A stretch of DNA of 64,000 nt from positions 7,540 through 71,539 of the forward strand of contig JAQBFN010000020.1 in assembly GCA_032123335.1 (NCBI GenBank). Reading direction: 5' to 3'. Each line of letters opens with the position of its first letter. Position 1 is the first letter of the stretch. The position numbers and the translations under genes were made by a program. Below are positions 20,019 through 28,219 of this stretch, one piece after another. This DNA comes from Candidatus Micrarchaeota archaeon. Its GTDB lineage: Archaea; Micrarchaeota; Micrarchaeia; Anstonellales; Bilamarchaeaceae. The notes beneath the pieces are model-generated. The model was not told the origin of the DNA, did not search any database, and saw only the letters and a program-made list of their open reading frames with translations.

Positions 20019-21083
20019 ATGGATATTGAAAAGAAAATCGAACTCACTATGAAAGCCCCTACCCAGGAGCTCGTAACCAAGGAAGACCTCAAAACCCTTT
20101 TTGAAAATCACGCGCACCCCAAGCACTACATTGGATTTGAAATCTCCGGTTTTGCCCACATCGGAACCGGCCTCGCAACATCCCTCAAAGTAAAGGATTT
20201 GCTCGAAGCCGGCTGCAAGCCCACCATCTTCCTTGCTGATTACCATACCTGGATAAACGGCAAGCTTGGAGGAGACCTGGATAAAATAAGGCAGGTTGCA
20301 GAAGGCTACTTCAAGCACTGCTTTATCGCGCTCGGCCTTCCCGAATCCAAAGTAGATTACGTGCTTGCAAGCAACCTCTACGATTCCGATTACTGGAAAA
20401 CCGTTTTGGACATCAGCAGGAACACAAGCCTTAACCGCATGCTCCGCTGCATTACCATTATGGGACGCAAGGAAACCGACACCACCTCCTCTGCTTCAAT
20501 CCTCTACCCCGCAATGCAGGCCGCAGACATCTTTATGCTCAAAGTGCAAATCGCGCACTCTGGAATGGACCAGCGCAAGGTCCACATGCTTGCAAGGGAA
20601 GTGGCGCCCAAGCTCGGGGCTGAAAAGCCCGTAGCCCTTCATGGCCACCTCCTCCCTAGCCTGCATGGCGTAGAGCGTATGAATCCCACCGAGGACCAGG
20701 TAATTGATGCAAAGATGTCCAAGTCCAAGCCTGATTCCGCAATCTTCGTGCACGAGCCCGAATCCGAAATCCTCCGCAAGGTAAAGAAAGCATACTGCCC
20801 TGAAAAAGTTGCGGATGGAAACCCAATGATTGAATATGCGGAAAACCTTGTTCTCCGCGACCGCCCGCTCAAAATCGAGCGCCCGGAAAAGTTCGGAGGA
20901 AACGTGGAATTCGCAACTTCCTTAGAGCTCCGCGAAGCCTATACAAGCGGTGCACTCCACCCAATGGACCTCAAGAATGCAGTGGGAAAAGAACTGGTAG
21001 AAATGCTTAAGCCCGTTCGGGACTACTTTGAAAAGCATCCCAAATACCTCAAGGAACTCGAGGGAATGCGGATAACCCGCTAG
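20019..21083 (+). CDS. tyrS: Tyrosine--tRNA ligase (archaeal)
   Basis: YIGFEISGFAHIG, YPAMQAADI, GMDQRKVHM, KMSKS, LHPMDLK. Confidence 0.96.
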   Translation: MDIEKKIELTMKAPTQELVTKEDLKTLFENHAHPKHYIGFEISGFAHIGTGLATSLKVKDLLEAGCKPTIFLADYHTWINGKLGGDLDKIRQVAEGYFKHCFIALGLPESKVDYVLASNLYDSDYWKTVLDISRNTSLNRMLRCITIMGRKETDTTSSASILYPAMQAADIFMLKVQIAHSGMDQRKVHMLAREVAPKLGAEKPVALHGHLLPSLHGVERMNPTEDQVIDAKMSKSKPDSAIFVHEPESEILRKVKKAYCPEKVADGNPMIEYAENLVLRDRPLKIERPEKFGGNVEFATSLELREAYTSGALHPMDLKNAVGKELVEMLKPVRDYFEKHPKYLKELEGMRITR

Positions 21084-21790
21084 CTTCGCGCAAACGCTTC
21101 CACAATTTTCTTTATCTTTTTATTCGCTTCTCCCATATGCTCCAGCACTTCCTTGTGCGTAAGCTCTTTCTTCCCTTTAATTCCCGCAGCATAATTAGTC
21201 CCAACTGCAATCCCACACAAAGGAATCTCCAGCTCCCCCGCAAGCGTTGCTTCATACGCACTGGTCATATTAACCAAATTCGCACCCATCCCCTTCAACG
21301 CCTTAACCTCTGCCCGCGTCTCAAACCTGGGCCCATGCGTAGTAGCTACAATTCCCCCTTTCTTCAGCTTAATTCCCGCACCCTTCGCAGCACCTTCCAC
21401 TTTTTTGGAAATCGCTTTATTGTACGGCTCACTCATGTCCGCATGTGTTATCCCGGATTTAAACGCATCATAATATGTAATCGGTGAATTAAACCCGATA
21501 AAATCCTCCAGCAAAACCAAATCCCCTGGTTTATACCTTCCAATTATCCCTGTTGCATAAAACACAAGAACCGCATCAACTCCCGCATCCTTCATTGCCC
21601 AGATGTTCGCCTTATAATCCACTTTATGCGGAGGCGTCCCATGTTCCTCCCCATGCCTTGGCATAAACAAAACTTCCCTCTTCCCAATCTTCCCACTATA
21701 CACAGTAATTGTCCCGTACGGAGTCCTCTTCCTCCCCCTTTCCATCCGCCCCAATGAGTAGATTCCGGTGCCCCCAATAATCCCAATCAT
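21080..21790 (-). CDS. MTAP-family purine nucleoside phosphorylase
   Basis: IGIIGGTG, PRHGEEH, GPRFETRAE, LVNMT. Confidence 0.9.
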   Translation of the reverse strand: MIGIIGGTGIYSLGRMERGRKRTPYGTITVYSGKIGKREVLFMPRHGEEHGTPPHKVDYKANIWAMKDAGVDAVLVFYATGIIGRYKPGDLVLLEDFIGFNSPITYYDAFKSGITHADMSEPYNKAISKKVEGAAKGAGIKLKKGGIVATTHGPRFETRAEVKALKGMGANLVNMTSAYEATLAGELEIPLCGIAVGTNYAAGIKGKKELTHKEVLEHMGEANKKIKKIVEAFARS

Positions 21791-21850
21791 GCTTCCAATA
21801 GAAGGGGGGAGTTTTTTATAAGTTTTGGTCGATATCTCTGCGTGATATAT

Positions 21851-22033
21851 ATGAAAGCAATGTATCTCGCACTATGCTTAATGCTCGTTCTCGCAGGAAC
21901 AGTAATGGCATACACTGGCTACGATGACGACTACTATTACGACGACTATGCATATGACGATTACGGATGCTGCTGCGGACCCATGTTCGCACTGGTCGCT
22001 GTTGGAGCATTCGCCCTCTCCCGAAGGCACTAG
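21851..22033 (+). CDS. Tiny secreted Tyr/Asp-rich peptide with CGP-CTERM-like anchor
   Basis: Signal peptide + YDDDYYYDDYAYDDYG + CCCGP + TM helix + RRH. Confidence 0.65.
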   Translation: MKAMYLALCLMLVLAGTVMAYTGYDDDYYYDDYAYDDYGCCCGPMFALVAVGAFALSRRH

Positions 22034-22540
22034 ATGAATAAGGATTTCTTTGCCGGTGTTTTTGCCGGCGTAATCCTCTTTTTTGTTCTCTCATTCATGT
22101 TTCTTCCCGCATATTCCGTTTCCGTAATCTCTTCTCCCGGAGCCGAAGACGAAATCCTCTCCCTTATTGATTCCGCCCAGCACTCAATCTACATAGACAT
22201 GTACATACTCACTTCCGAAAAAGTTGTGGATGCACTAATCTCCGCCCACTACCGCGGCGTAGAAGTAAAGGTAATCCTTGAAGAGCGCACAGGTGCAAAC
22301 ACCCTTGCTTTCTCCCGCCTTGAAGGTGCAGGCACCCAGGTCTGCTGGGCCTCTGCAGTCTACAAGCTCTCCCACCCCAAACTCATAATTGTGGACAACC
22401 AGAAAGCCCTGGTAGGCTCCCACAACCTCTCCAACTCCGCCCTTAATTCCAACCGGGAAATCTCCCTCCTTGTCCAGGGAAACGTAGTTTCTACCCTCCT
22501 TTCCCTTTTCAATTCCGATTGGGATGCCTGTTCCATGTAG
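22034..22540 (+). CDS. Single-HKD phospholipase D / nuclease-like protein, membrane anchored
   Basis: HPKLIIVD...GSHNLS...NREIS; N-terminal TM. Confidence 0.85.
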   Translation: MNKDFFAGVFAGVILFFVLSFMFLPAYSVSVISSPGAEDEILSLIDSAQHSIYIDMYILTSEKVVDALISAHYRGVEVKVILEERTGANTLAFSRLEGAGTQVCWASAVYKLSHPKLIIVDNQKALVGSHNLSNSALNSNREISLLVQGNVVSTLLSLFNSDWDACSM

Positions 22541-22591
22541 CCCACTTCTCTCGAAACTCCTCCTAAGCCTTATAAATATATTCTGTCAAAT

Positions 22592-25500
22592 ATGAATATG
22601 GCAGCAGTTGTAGAGCGGAGTAATTGGTGTAAATTACTGCTAGCCGTATTTATGCTCGTTTCCCTCTCTTTTTCCGCCGGATTCACCTCCGAAGACCTTT
22701 CCAATAAAATAACCTTCATTGACATCTCTGCCGTGGATGGAGTGGTAACCGCCAAGCTCACTGTGCTGACGATGGATGCCAGCATTGAGCACAACCAGTC
22801 CGCCCTCATTGAGGCGTTCAGGGAAGCAGAGAAAGGAAACCAGGCAACCGCAGAGCAAATCCTCGAGGAAGCAGGCCTGAACACTTTCTCAGGGTATTTA
22901 GGCAAAATCGAATCTGAAAGGGCCCCCATAGAAGGTGCAGACCTCAATTTCTACTACACAGTAAAAACCTACGATGATGACAACTATCCTGTCTTCACCA
23001 GGGAGCCAGTGCCCTTTTGTGCAGAGCCAGACCCGGTGCTAACTGATGAGGAGGGGATCGCAGAATGCGACCTCACCCCTTATTATGAAGGAATATACGA
23101 GGGTAAATGCACAGAAATTTCCGTGGTTTTCGGGGATTCAGTATTTGGCACCCAGCTAAATGACGAAACTTATCCCTATGTAGAAGAGATAGTTTACGTA
23201 TGTGACCAGGAAACAACCGCACTCGCAGTAATGCGCGAAGAGATAAGGACCATATTCTCAGACCAGGCCCAGAACCCCCTCTGCTTTGCATCAATGCTTT
23301 TGGGAGGAATGCTGCTCGCTTCAATGTTCTTTGCAGGAAGGAGCCCACTTTCCCTCCTTGATATCACAACACCCCTTCTCCCCAAGGCAAAAGCCATCTC
23401 CTACAGCGGCCTTAGGATGGGAGTCGGTTTCGGGCGCATCATGAAAGAGATGGGTGGCATGGGCGGGCCCGGAGGCATGATTGCATCCTCTTCCAAAGCA
23501 ACCACCGAGCGCATGCTCCGCTACCTCCGCTCCAAGGGCAAATACAGCAAGCGCATGGTTGACCTCATAATGAATTCCGGGGCCAATGAAGTCCTCAAGA
23601 TGCTTGCTCTCCGCTCACTTATTGCAGGAAAAAGCGAGCATTATGTAAAGGGCATTCTCGGGTTCAAGGGAAAAGCCCTGACTGAAGCAGATTTCCAGTC
23701 GGCCTATGCAAAGGTTCTTGCAGACCTTGATAAATCTTCAGATGCAAACGACCTGAATGAATACACGGTTAAGGGGTATGGTGCTAATGCACAGAAGCAG
23801 GGCCTCCACGATTCAGTGCTCCTCCTTGCCCAGATGAGCATGCTTAATGCAATGCAGCAGCAAGCCTTTATTGATTCTACCGGGGAAATACCTGCCTGGT
23901 TCAAGACCCCGCTTGGAAAAACCCTGGGAAGGCTCCCCTTCATCGGAACCCACATAATGGGAGGCACAGCATCCCTCTTTTTTGGTGGCAGGCACCTAGG
24001 CCGCTATTACAATAGTTTTGCAAGGGGAGCAGTGCGCGGAATAGGCGATGTGTTAACCCCCAAAGATAAGAAATTCAGCAAGCGCATCCAGATGGCTGTT
24101 GACGATGCGCGTGTAAAAGGCAAGAAGCCAGGATTTTTTGCAAACTGGGTTGCCCTCAAGGACAATGAGCGCCAGCTCGTAAAAATCTTTGACAATTTTG
24201 AATACGGTTCCGCACTCTACAAGCGCATGATGAAGGAAGCCCGCAAGGATGTCCTCAACTGGCTCGTGGGTACGGTAATTGCGAAATACGGAGGAAAGAT
24301 GGACCTCACCCGTGAAGAGGTTATAGAAATTGGGGAAAAGACTCCGGATGAATTGATGTTCCGCACCTTCAACAAGATTGAATTCTCAAAGATTGAAGGA
24401 GAGCTCCGTAGGCTCCTCTCAGATCCAGGCATGAGGGACCTCCAGAAAGCCCGCGCCCTGATGCGCCTTATGGAAGCATACGGAATAGCTTTCGACAAAC
24501 AGGGCGTTACTGATGCAATCCACATGCTCTCCAAAATAGACCGGGAAGACCCCAAATCCCCTGCAGCAGTAGGCATAATCGATCCGACCAACAGGTACGC
24601 AATGGATTGCCACAAGCTCATGCGCCTCCAGAGCTACCTACAACAGCAGTTCAACGTTGACAGGCTAACAGACATCAAGTCAGAGTACAAGGCTTTCCAG
24701 GACGGAGGAAAATTCTTCTTCACAGTAGGAAGGGAAACCCTCTCCCACGGCGCAAGCGATTTCACGTTTGGCACCTTTTTCCGCTCCAAGTACCGCGAGG
24801 CGCTTGAGAACTCCAAAGCAGGGGAAACCCGCCCCATCTCCATAAGGGACATCGCGAACTACTCTTTCCTCCGCATCGCAAACGAGCGCTGGGGACTAAT
24901 TGACCCAAATATGCCCGGCCTGGACAAGAAGCTCGTAGCAGTAATGAAGAACGCAGAAACCTGGCTCCGCTCCCTAGCAGATCCAGAGTTCCTCAGGCGC
25001 AACCCCTCGTACTCCAATCTTCTCAATTCCCTTTATGGCCCAAGTGCCCGTGCTGGTGTGAAAGACGACACCATGGACATAATGGAGCACGGTGCCGAAT
25101 ATGGCACAGCCAAGGGCGCGTGGCGCATGGACATGAAGGCCCACTGGAAAATTTACGGGGGCCCGATGGGCGGAGTAAAATCTTCTGTAGAAAACCAGGC
25201 ATTTGGGGAAGTTAACCGTGCCCACAATGTCCCCATGGCTATCCAGTCGATGATTGACAAGGGACTCAACTACAAGGATGCTTCAGGCAAGTACATGAAC
25301 ACTGTTGTTGAAAGCTACCTCTTCAAGCGCCTGAAGGGAATGATAGAGCAGGACAATCCAAATACCTATTTCACTTCCCAGGGTGAATTCGACCGCTTCA
25401 GGCAGCTCTGGGCCTCTTACAAATCACACATTGCCAGAGACAAAGGCATAGATGAAAGGAGTGTTACCGACAAGCAGGTTGCAGAATTCATAAAGAAGCC

Positions 25501-28219
25501 CCTTGGGATTGAGGAGCTTTCAAAGTCCAGCTGGATAAGGCTGAAGGAAGGCTCAGTTGCTCCGTTTATCCAGGAACACACTTTCAAGCTTGCCCAGGCC
25601 GACCGTGTAATAAACGCCAAATATTACATACGGCGTGGCGGGTACTGGGAGGAATTCGCGCCTGAGAAATTCCAAAAGCAGAAACCATTTATGGATGTTG
25701 TCCTGGGCAAGGACAGCGAAATCAGGAAAATGCTTGGGGACAAGGATTACATTCTTTCTGGAGGTGAGATACGTGGTGTATCCAACAAGCTCCTGAAGGA
25801 ATATGAAACTATTATGAATAACCTGGCGCGAGTACCCCAGGCAGATATTGACAAGCTTTTCGCGAAACTCAAAACAGGCGCTGCGAAAGACCCCAAGAAT
25901 TCTGAAGCCTATGCTGCAATGGCAGGATATGTGCTCAGTGGAAGGGCAGGAAGGGACCCAACTAAACTTGACCTTGCCGATAATTTCGGGACCCGTCTAG
26001 GTGAAAAAGTCCGCATGGAACTCATGCTCAAGGACTACCAGAATGCCAAAACCACGGAGCAGAAAAGGGCTGCCGCCAGGGACCTTATGAACTGGGCAAA
26101 AGCAGGAGGGCCTGGTGAGGAGCGCCACGTAAAAGTCGCCCTCCTCCTGTACACCCACGCAGACAGAACCGGGGACTGGAAAGATTTCAACAATTTTGAT
26201 GCAGTGAAGCTCATGCCCGGTGCAACTGCAGATCTAAAGCCTGGCAATGTCCAGGAGTACGAAAAGCTCACCGGGCTCAAAGGCTGGATCAAGAATGCAG
26301 TTAACCTCACCCAACACATCACAGACCCGATAAGCAAGAAGTTCAACCTTGGGCTTGAGCAGTTCATGCTTTCCACTTTCGGCAAGCAAATGAAGAGCGA
26401 ATATGAAGGAAGCCTTGTTTCAGAATACTTCAGGCAAACAGGAGGAAAATTCGCTGCTAAGCTTGCGGCAGGGGAATTCGGCAACCCGGATATGCGAGCC
26501 AACGCGGACCCAAGAATAAAGGAATTCAACCGCCTCATGGATTCATTTACCCGCTACCATGCAGTCTGGGACGAGACAATCACCCGTGACCCCAGGGGCA
26601 ACTCTTCAGCCATTGGGGGCGCATTCATTTACTCAGGTTTCTTCCACCACGGTCCTGCCATGGGATTCGGCCCCGGCATGTACAGGAGATGGTCGTCTGC
26701 AGGCCACCAGCAGCCCTGGACTACCTGGGGAGGATTCAAGGCAAATGTGCGTGAGCGCGCATGGGGCCTCCAGTTTGTCCCCCAGATGTTCAACTGGGCA
26801 GTGGGAACTCCTTTTGGTGTTGCCTACAGGACATACATAACCTCCAGATGGGGCTTCATGTCCAAGTATGACAGGAAATACAGCAGTGACGCCCCCCTAG
26901 TCACAGAAACCCCTGAAAAATACCGTGCAGGCGCAATTCAGAAATATGATGATCAACTGGCAGCCTATCAGGCTAAAATGATTGAGCAGATTGCTAAACT
27001 CCAGCAAAACAAGGGCTATTCAAACGAAGATGCATTTACCCAGGCCAACCAGGAGCTCAGGGGTGAAAGGCCAACTCCTCCTTCATTTGAGCTGGAGCGT
27101 GACACCCTCAGGCCCTATTCCGAAACCCACCCCAGGACTTCAGAAGGCCGCGCTGCAATGTTCAACTGGTTTTATGCTTCATTTGACCCCACATCAACGA
27201 ACCTCAAGCGTTTTGCATCAATCGCGGCCGCTGCACCCGGTTCACTTATGACTCCCCTGCACCTAATCAGAGGAGTGCAGAGCAATATCCTGAAGGGGGG
27301 CACTCCCGGGATAAACCGCTCTGACAGCAACCCATACTATGTAACTCCCGGAGGAATGAGGGGCCAGATGATAAAGGCTACTGGCCCCATGGTCAAGAGG
27401 CAGTATGGAGGAACTGAAATTGTTACCGGTGTAGTACGGTCCCATGAAGATATGTGGGCTTACCAGGCAGGGGTTAATGCTGTTTGGGGCAATGCAAACC
27501 CCGGCGCATCCTACATTGATTTCAGCCAGAGCCTACACCTGGACCCCCGCGCAGCCAACTATCTCCGCTATGAATCACGTTTCCGCCCATATATGCAGTA
27601 TGATGAATATGTGGACAAGCAATCCAAGCTCGGCCTTGTGAAGAGGGACATCGACCCATTCAAGCTCATGATGGCAAGGAATGCAGAAATCAGGCATTAT
27701 AAGTTCCCTGAGAACACTCTCTTCAGGTTCCTAAACCCAGCAGCATTCGCTATCTACAAAGCACAAGCATTTGTTACCAAGCGCGGGCAAACCCTTGTCA
27801 ATGCAAGGAACATGTATAGGGATGCAACAACCAATGTTTCAACCACCACCGGCGGGGCTATGCTTACAGGAGTAGGCAACTTTGCATCCAAGATAGGTGG
27901 CAAGGTAGGGACTATGATGCACCAGAATCTAGAGCTTGGATTCAGGAAGAGCATCCGCTACTGCCAGTCCTGCGGAGGGCCGAGGGTTGAAGGCGGCGTA
28001 TGCAATGCCTGCGCAAGAAAAACAAGATGTTCTTACGAAGGATGCGACCATATCGGGGACCCATCCCACAACCACTCCTGCGTACATGGAATACAGCGCA
28101 ACCTCCTGAATGAAGAATTTTCTCAAAAAGGCGGCTTCAAAGTTGCAGGAGAGAGGGCCTCCGGTTGGTATGGCCTAAGAAAAAGCCATTGGGGAACACT
28201 ATGGGGTAGAGAACCATGA
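22592..28219 (+). CDS. Giant membrane-anchored protein of unknown function (1875 aa) with C-terminal Cys/His cluster
   Basis: Uninterrupted ORF; hydrophobic N-terminus, second TM near aa 230-248, C-terminal CQSC..CNAC..C..C..H..C. Confidence 0.85.
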   Translation: MNMAAVVERSNWCKLLLAVFMLVSLSFSAGFTSEDLSNKITFIDISAVDGVVTAKLTVLTMDASIEHNQSALIEAFREAEKGNQATAEQILEEAGLNTFSGYLGKIESERAPIEGADLNFYYTVKTYDDDNYPVFTREPVPFCAEPDPVLTDEEGIAECDLTPYYEGIYEGKCTEISVVFGDSVFGTQLNDETYPYVEEIVYVCDQETTALAVMREEIRTIFSDQAQNPLCFASMLLGGMLLASMFFAGRSPLSLLDITTPLLPKAKAISYSGLRMGVGFGRIMKEMGGMGGPGGMIASSSKATTERMLRYLRSKGKYSKRMVDLIMNSGANEVLKMLALRSLIAGKSEHYVKGILGFKGKALTEADFQSAYAKVLADLDKSSDANDLNEYTVKGYGANAQKQGLHDSVLLLAQMSMLNAMQQQAFIDSTGEIPAWFKTPLGKTLGRLPFIGTHIMGGTASLFFGGRHLGRYYNSFARGAVRGIGDVLTPKDKKFSKRIQMAVDDARVKGKKPGFFANWVALKDNERQLVKIFDNFEYGSALYKRMMKEARKDVLNWLVGTVIAKYGGKMDLTREEVIEIGEKTPDELMFRTFNKIEFSKIEGELRRLLSDPGMRDLQKARALMRLMEAYGIAFDKQGVTDAIHMLSKIDREDPKSPAAVGIIDPTNRYAMDCHKLMRLQSYLQQQFNVDRLTDIKSEYKAFQDGGKFFFTVGRETLSHGASDFTFGTFFRSKYREALENSKAGETRPISIRDIANYSFLRIANERWGLIDPNMPGLDKKLVAVMKNAETWLRSLADPEFLRRNPSYSNLLNSLYGPSARAGVKDDTMDIMEHGAEYGTAKGAWRMDMKAHWKIYGGPMGGVKSSVENQAFGEVNRAHNVPMAIQSMIDKGLNYKDASGKYMNTVVESYLFKRLKGMIEQDNPNTYFTSQGEFDRFRQLWASYKSHIARDKGIDERSVTDKQVAEFIKKPLGIEELSKSSWIRLKEGSVAPFIQEHTFKLAQADRVINAKYYIRRGGYWEEFAPEKFQKQKPFMDVVLGKDSEIRKMLGDKDYILSGGEIRGVSNKLLKEYETIMNNLARVPQADIDKLFAKLKTGAAKDPKNSEAYAAMAGYVLSGRAGRDPTKLDLADNFGTRLGEKVRMELMLKDYQNAKTTEQKRAAARDLMNWAKAGGPGEERHVKVALLLYTHADRTGDWKDFNNFDAVKLMPGATADLKPGNVQEYEKLTGLKGWIKNAVNLTQHITDPISKKFNLGLEQFMLSTFGKQMKSEYEGSLVSEYFRQTGGKFAAKLAAGEFGNPDMRANADPRIKEFNRLMDSFTRYHAVWDETITRDPRGNSSAIGGAFIYSGFFHHGPAMGFGPGMYRRWSSAGHQQPWTTWGGFKANVRERAWGLQFVPQMFNWAVGTPFGVAYRTYITSRWGFMSKYDRKYSSDAPLVTETPEKYRAGAIQKYDDQLAAYQAKMIEQIAKLQQNKGYSNEDAFTQANQELRGERPTPPSFELERDTLRPYSETHPRTSEGRAAMFNWFYASFDPTSTNLKRFASIAAAAPGSLMTPLHLIRGVQSNILKGGTPGINRSDSNPYYVTPGGMRGQMIKATGPMVKRQYGGTEIVTGVVRSHEDMWAYQAGVNAVWGNANPGASYIDFSQSLHLDPRAANYLRYESRFRPYMQYDEYVDKQSKLGLVKRDIDPFKLMMARNAEIRHYKFPENTLFRFLNPAAFAIYKAQAFVTKRGQTLVNARNMYRDATTNVSTTTGGAMLTGVGNFASKIGGKVGTMMHQNLELGFRKSIRYCQSCGGPRVEGGVCNACARKTRCSYEGCDHIGDPSHNHSCVHGIQRNLLNEEFSQKGGFKVAGERASGWYGLRKSHWGTLWGREP

